Assembly: GCA_964247055.1 (NCBI GenBank)
Contig: OZ176051.1
Location: forward strand, 10,788,001-10,852,000
Length of the DNA stretch: 64,000 nt
Origin: Paragordius varius
Lineage: Eukaryota > Animalia > Nematomorpha
Reading direction: 5' to 3'
Below, piece after piece: positions 63,243 through 64,000 of the stretch. A program made the translations under genes and the position numbers. Each line of letters opens with the position of its first letter. The stretch's first letter is position 1. The notes under the pieces were generated by a model, which made no database searches, was not told the origin of the DNA, and saw only the letters and a program-made list of their open reading frames with translations.

Positions 63243-64000
63243 ATGCAATGCCCAAATTTACTAGCTCTACTCAGAATATCGGAGGAATATTACAATCCTT
63301 CAAGCACTAATCAATATGTACGCAATGAAACATCTCTATTACAAAATCATTGCCCAAAGCACTGCATGGATTTACTAGCCAAATTATTGGGAGAATGGTT
63401 GAGATACATATCATATTGTCAGACCCACCGTAATACATTTTCCGAAAGTTTATTTGGAAATGTTACAATAGCCCTATCTGAAAGTTTACATTTTTACAAT
63501 ACGATCCAGTTGGATCTTGCTCTCCACAGTCTTTATCTTATGATCCGAGAATTACTCACCTATCGGACATATTTAATAAATGTCCTGAGCACGGAATCAA
63601 CGAAACTAAATAACACGTATATGTATATTTTTGTCCGCGAAAACCTAGCGCATGGTATTGAATATATAATGAGAAATGCTACTGCCTTGATTTTTCTCTT
63701 AGCCAAAACTCAATGGTTTATTGAGGAACGAGAGCTGCTGAGAGCCAAATCATTGGTGGTAGATTTATTAAGGCATAATTTTGTCACTCGTCATGGTTTA
63801 AGTCTATTACACATCGCTGTTAGTTCTTTTCCGTTTGCTGAAACGTTCGTTTGTAAGCATGCTATGCAGCATTTCATACAAAGGAATAAAAAGAAAAGGT
63901 CGCTAAATACTCATTGTGATCGAGTAGACAGTAACTCGGCAATTACCAATACAGACGATCCCAATTATCCAGTAACTGAACTAAATAATTATTCCACACA
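63243..64000 (+). CDS. FEM1-like ankyrin/TPR protein, partial; open to the window end
   Basis: Stop-free frame of >250 codons from ATG 63243 to the edge, missing from the ORF track. TRHGLSLLHIAVSS resembles the FEM1B C-terminal ankyrin motif R.G.TLLHLAVNS, preceded by a helical region. Upstream exons not resolved. Confidence 0.5.
   Translation, partial: MQCPNLLALLRISEEYYNPSSTNQYVRNETSLLQNHCPKHCMDLLAKLLGEWLRYISYCQTHRNTFSESLFGNVTIALSESLHFYNTIQLDLALHSLYLMIRELLTYRTYLINVLSTESTKLNNTYMYIFVRENLAHGIEYIMRNATALIFLLAKTQWFIEERELLRAKSLVVDLLRHNFVTRHGLSLLHIAVSSFPFAETFVCKHAMQHFIQRNKKKRSLNTHCDRVDSNSAITNTDDPNYPVTELNNYST

Overview
Very AT-rich eukaryotic (animal) genomic DNA with GT-AG spliceosomal introns and many transposon relics; not prokaryotic. 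Hand-spliced genes: MRPL40 (+); an orphan Tyr/Asp-rich gene (-); ELL (-, 14 exons); EIPR1/TSSC1 (+, 10 exons), whose ATG is only 15 nt from the ELL ATG; an NK2.1/scarecrow-type homeobox gene (+); an SLC25A51-type mitochondrial carrier (+); a divergent intronless 7TM receptor (+); and a partial FEM1-like ORF running off the right edge. Several introns are only 22-28 nt, as in extremely streamlined animal genomes, but the taxon cannot be named from the sequence alone. Mobile elements: a complete hAT (SPIN/Charlie-like) element with 8-bp TSD and two inactivating lesions; a non-autonomous hAT with 8-bp TSD; a mariner relic; a degraded RTE LINE; TTAA piggyBac-like MITEs; two Helitron-like elements carrying ~160-bp tandem arrays; and an abundant foldback MITE family (CCATTTAC...GTAAATGG, TATA target) whose TIRs are built of 21-bp repeats. 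No CRISPR array, rRNA or convincing tRNA was found. Family assignments come from recalled motif similarity, not database searches, and all exon models were derived by eye.
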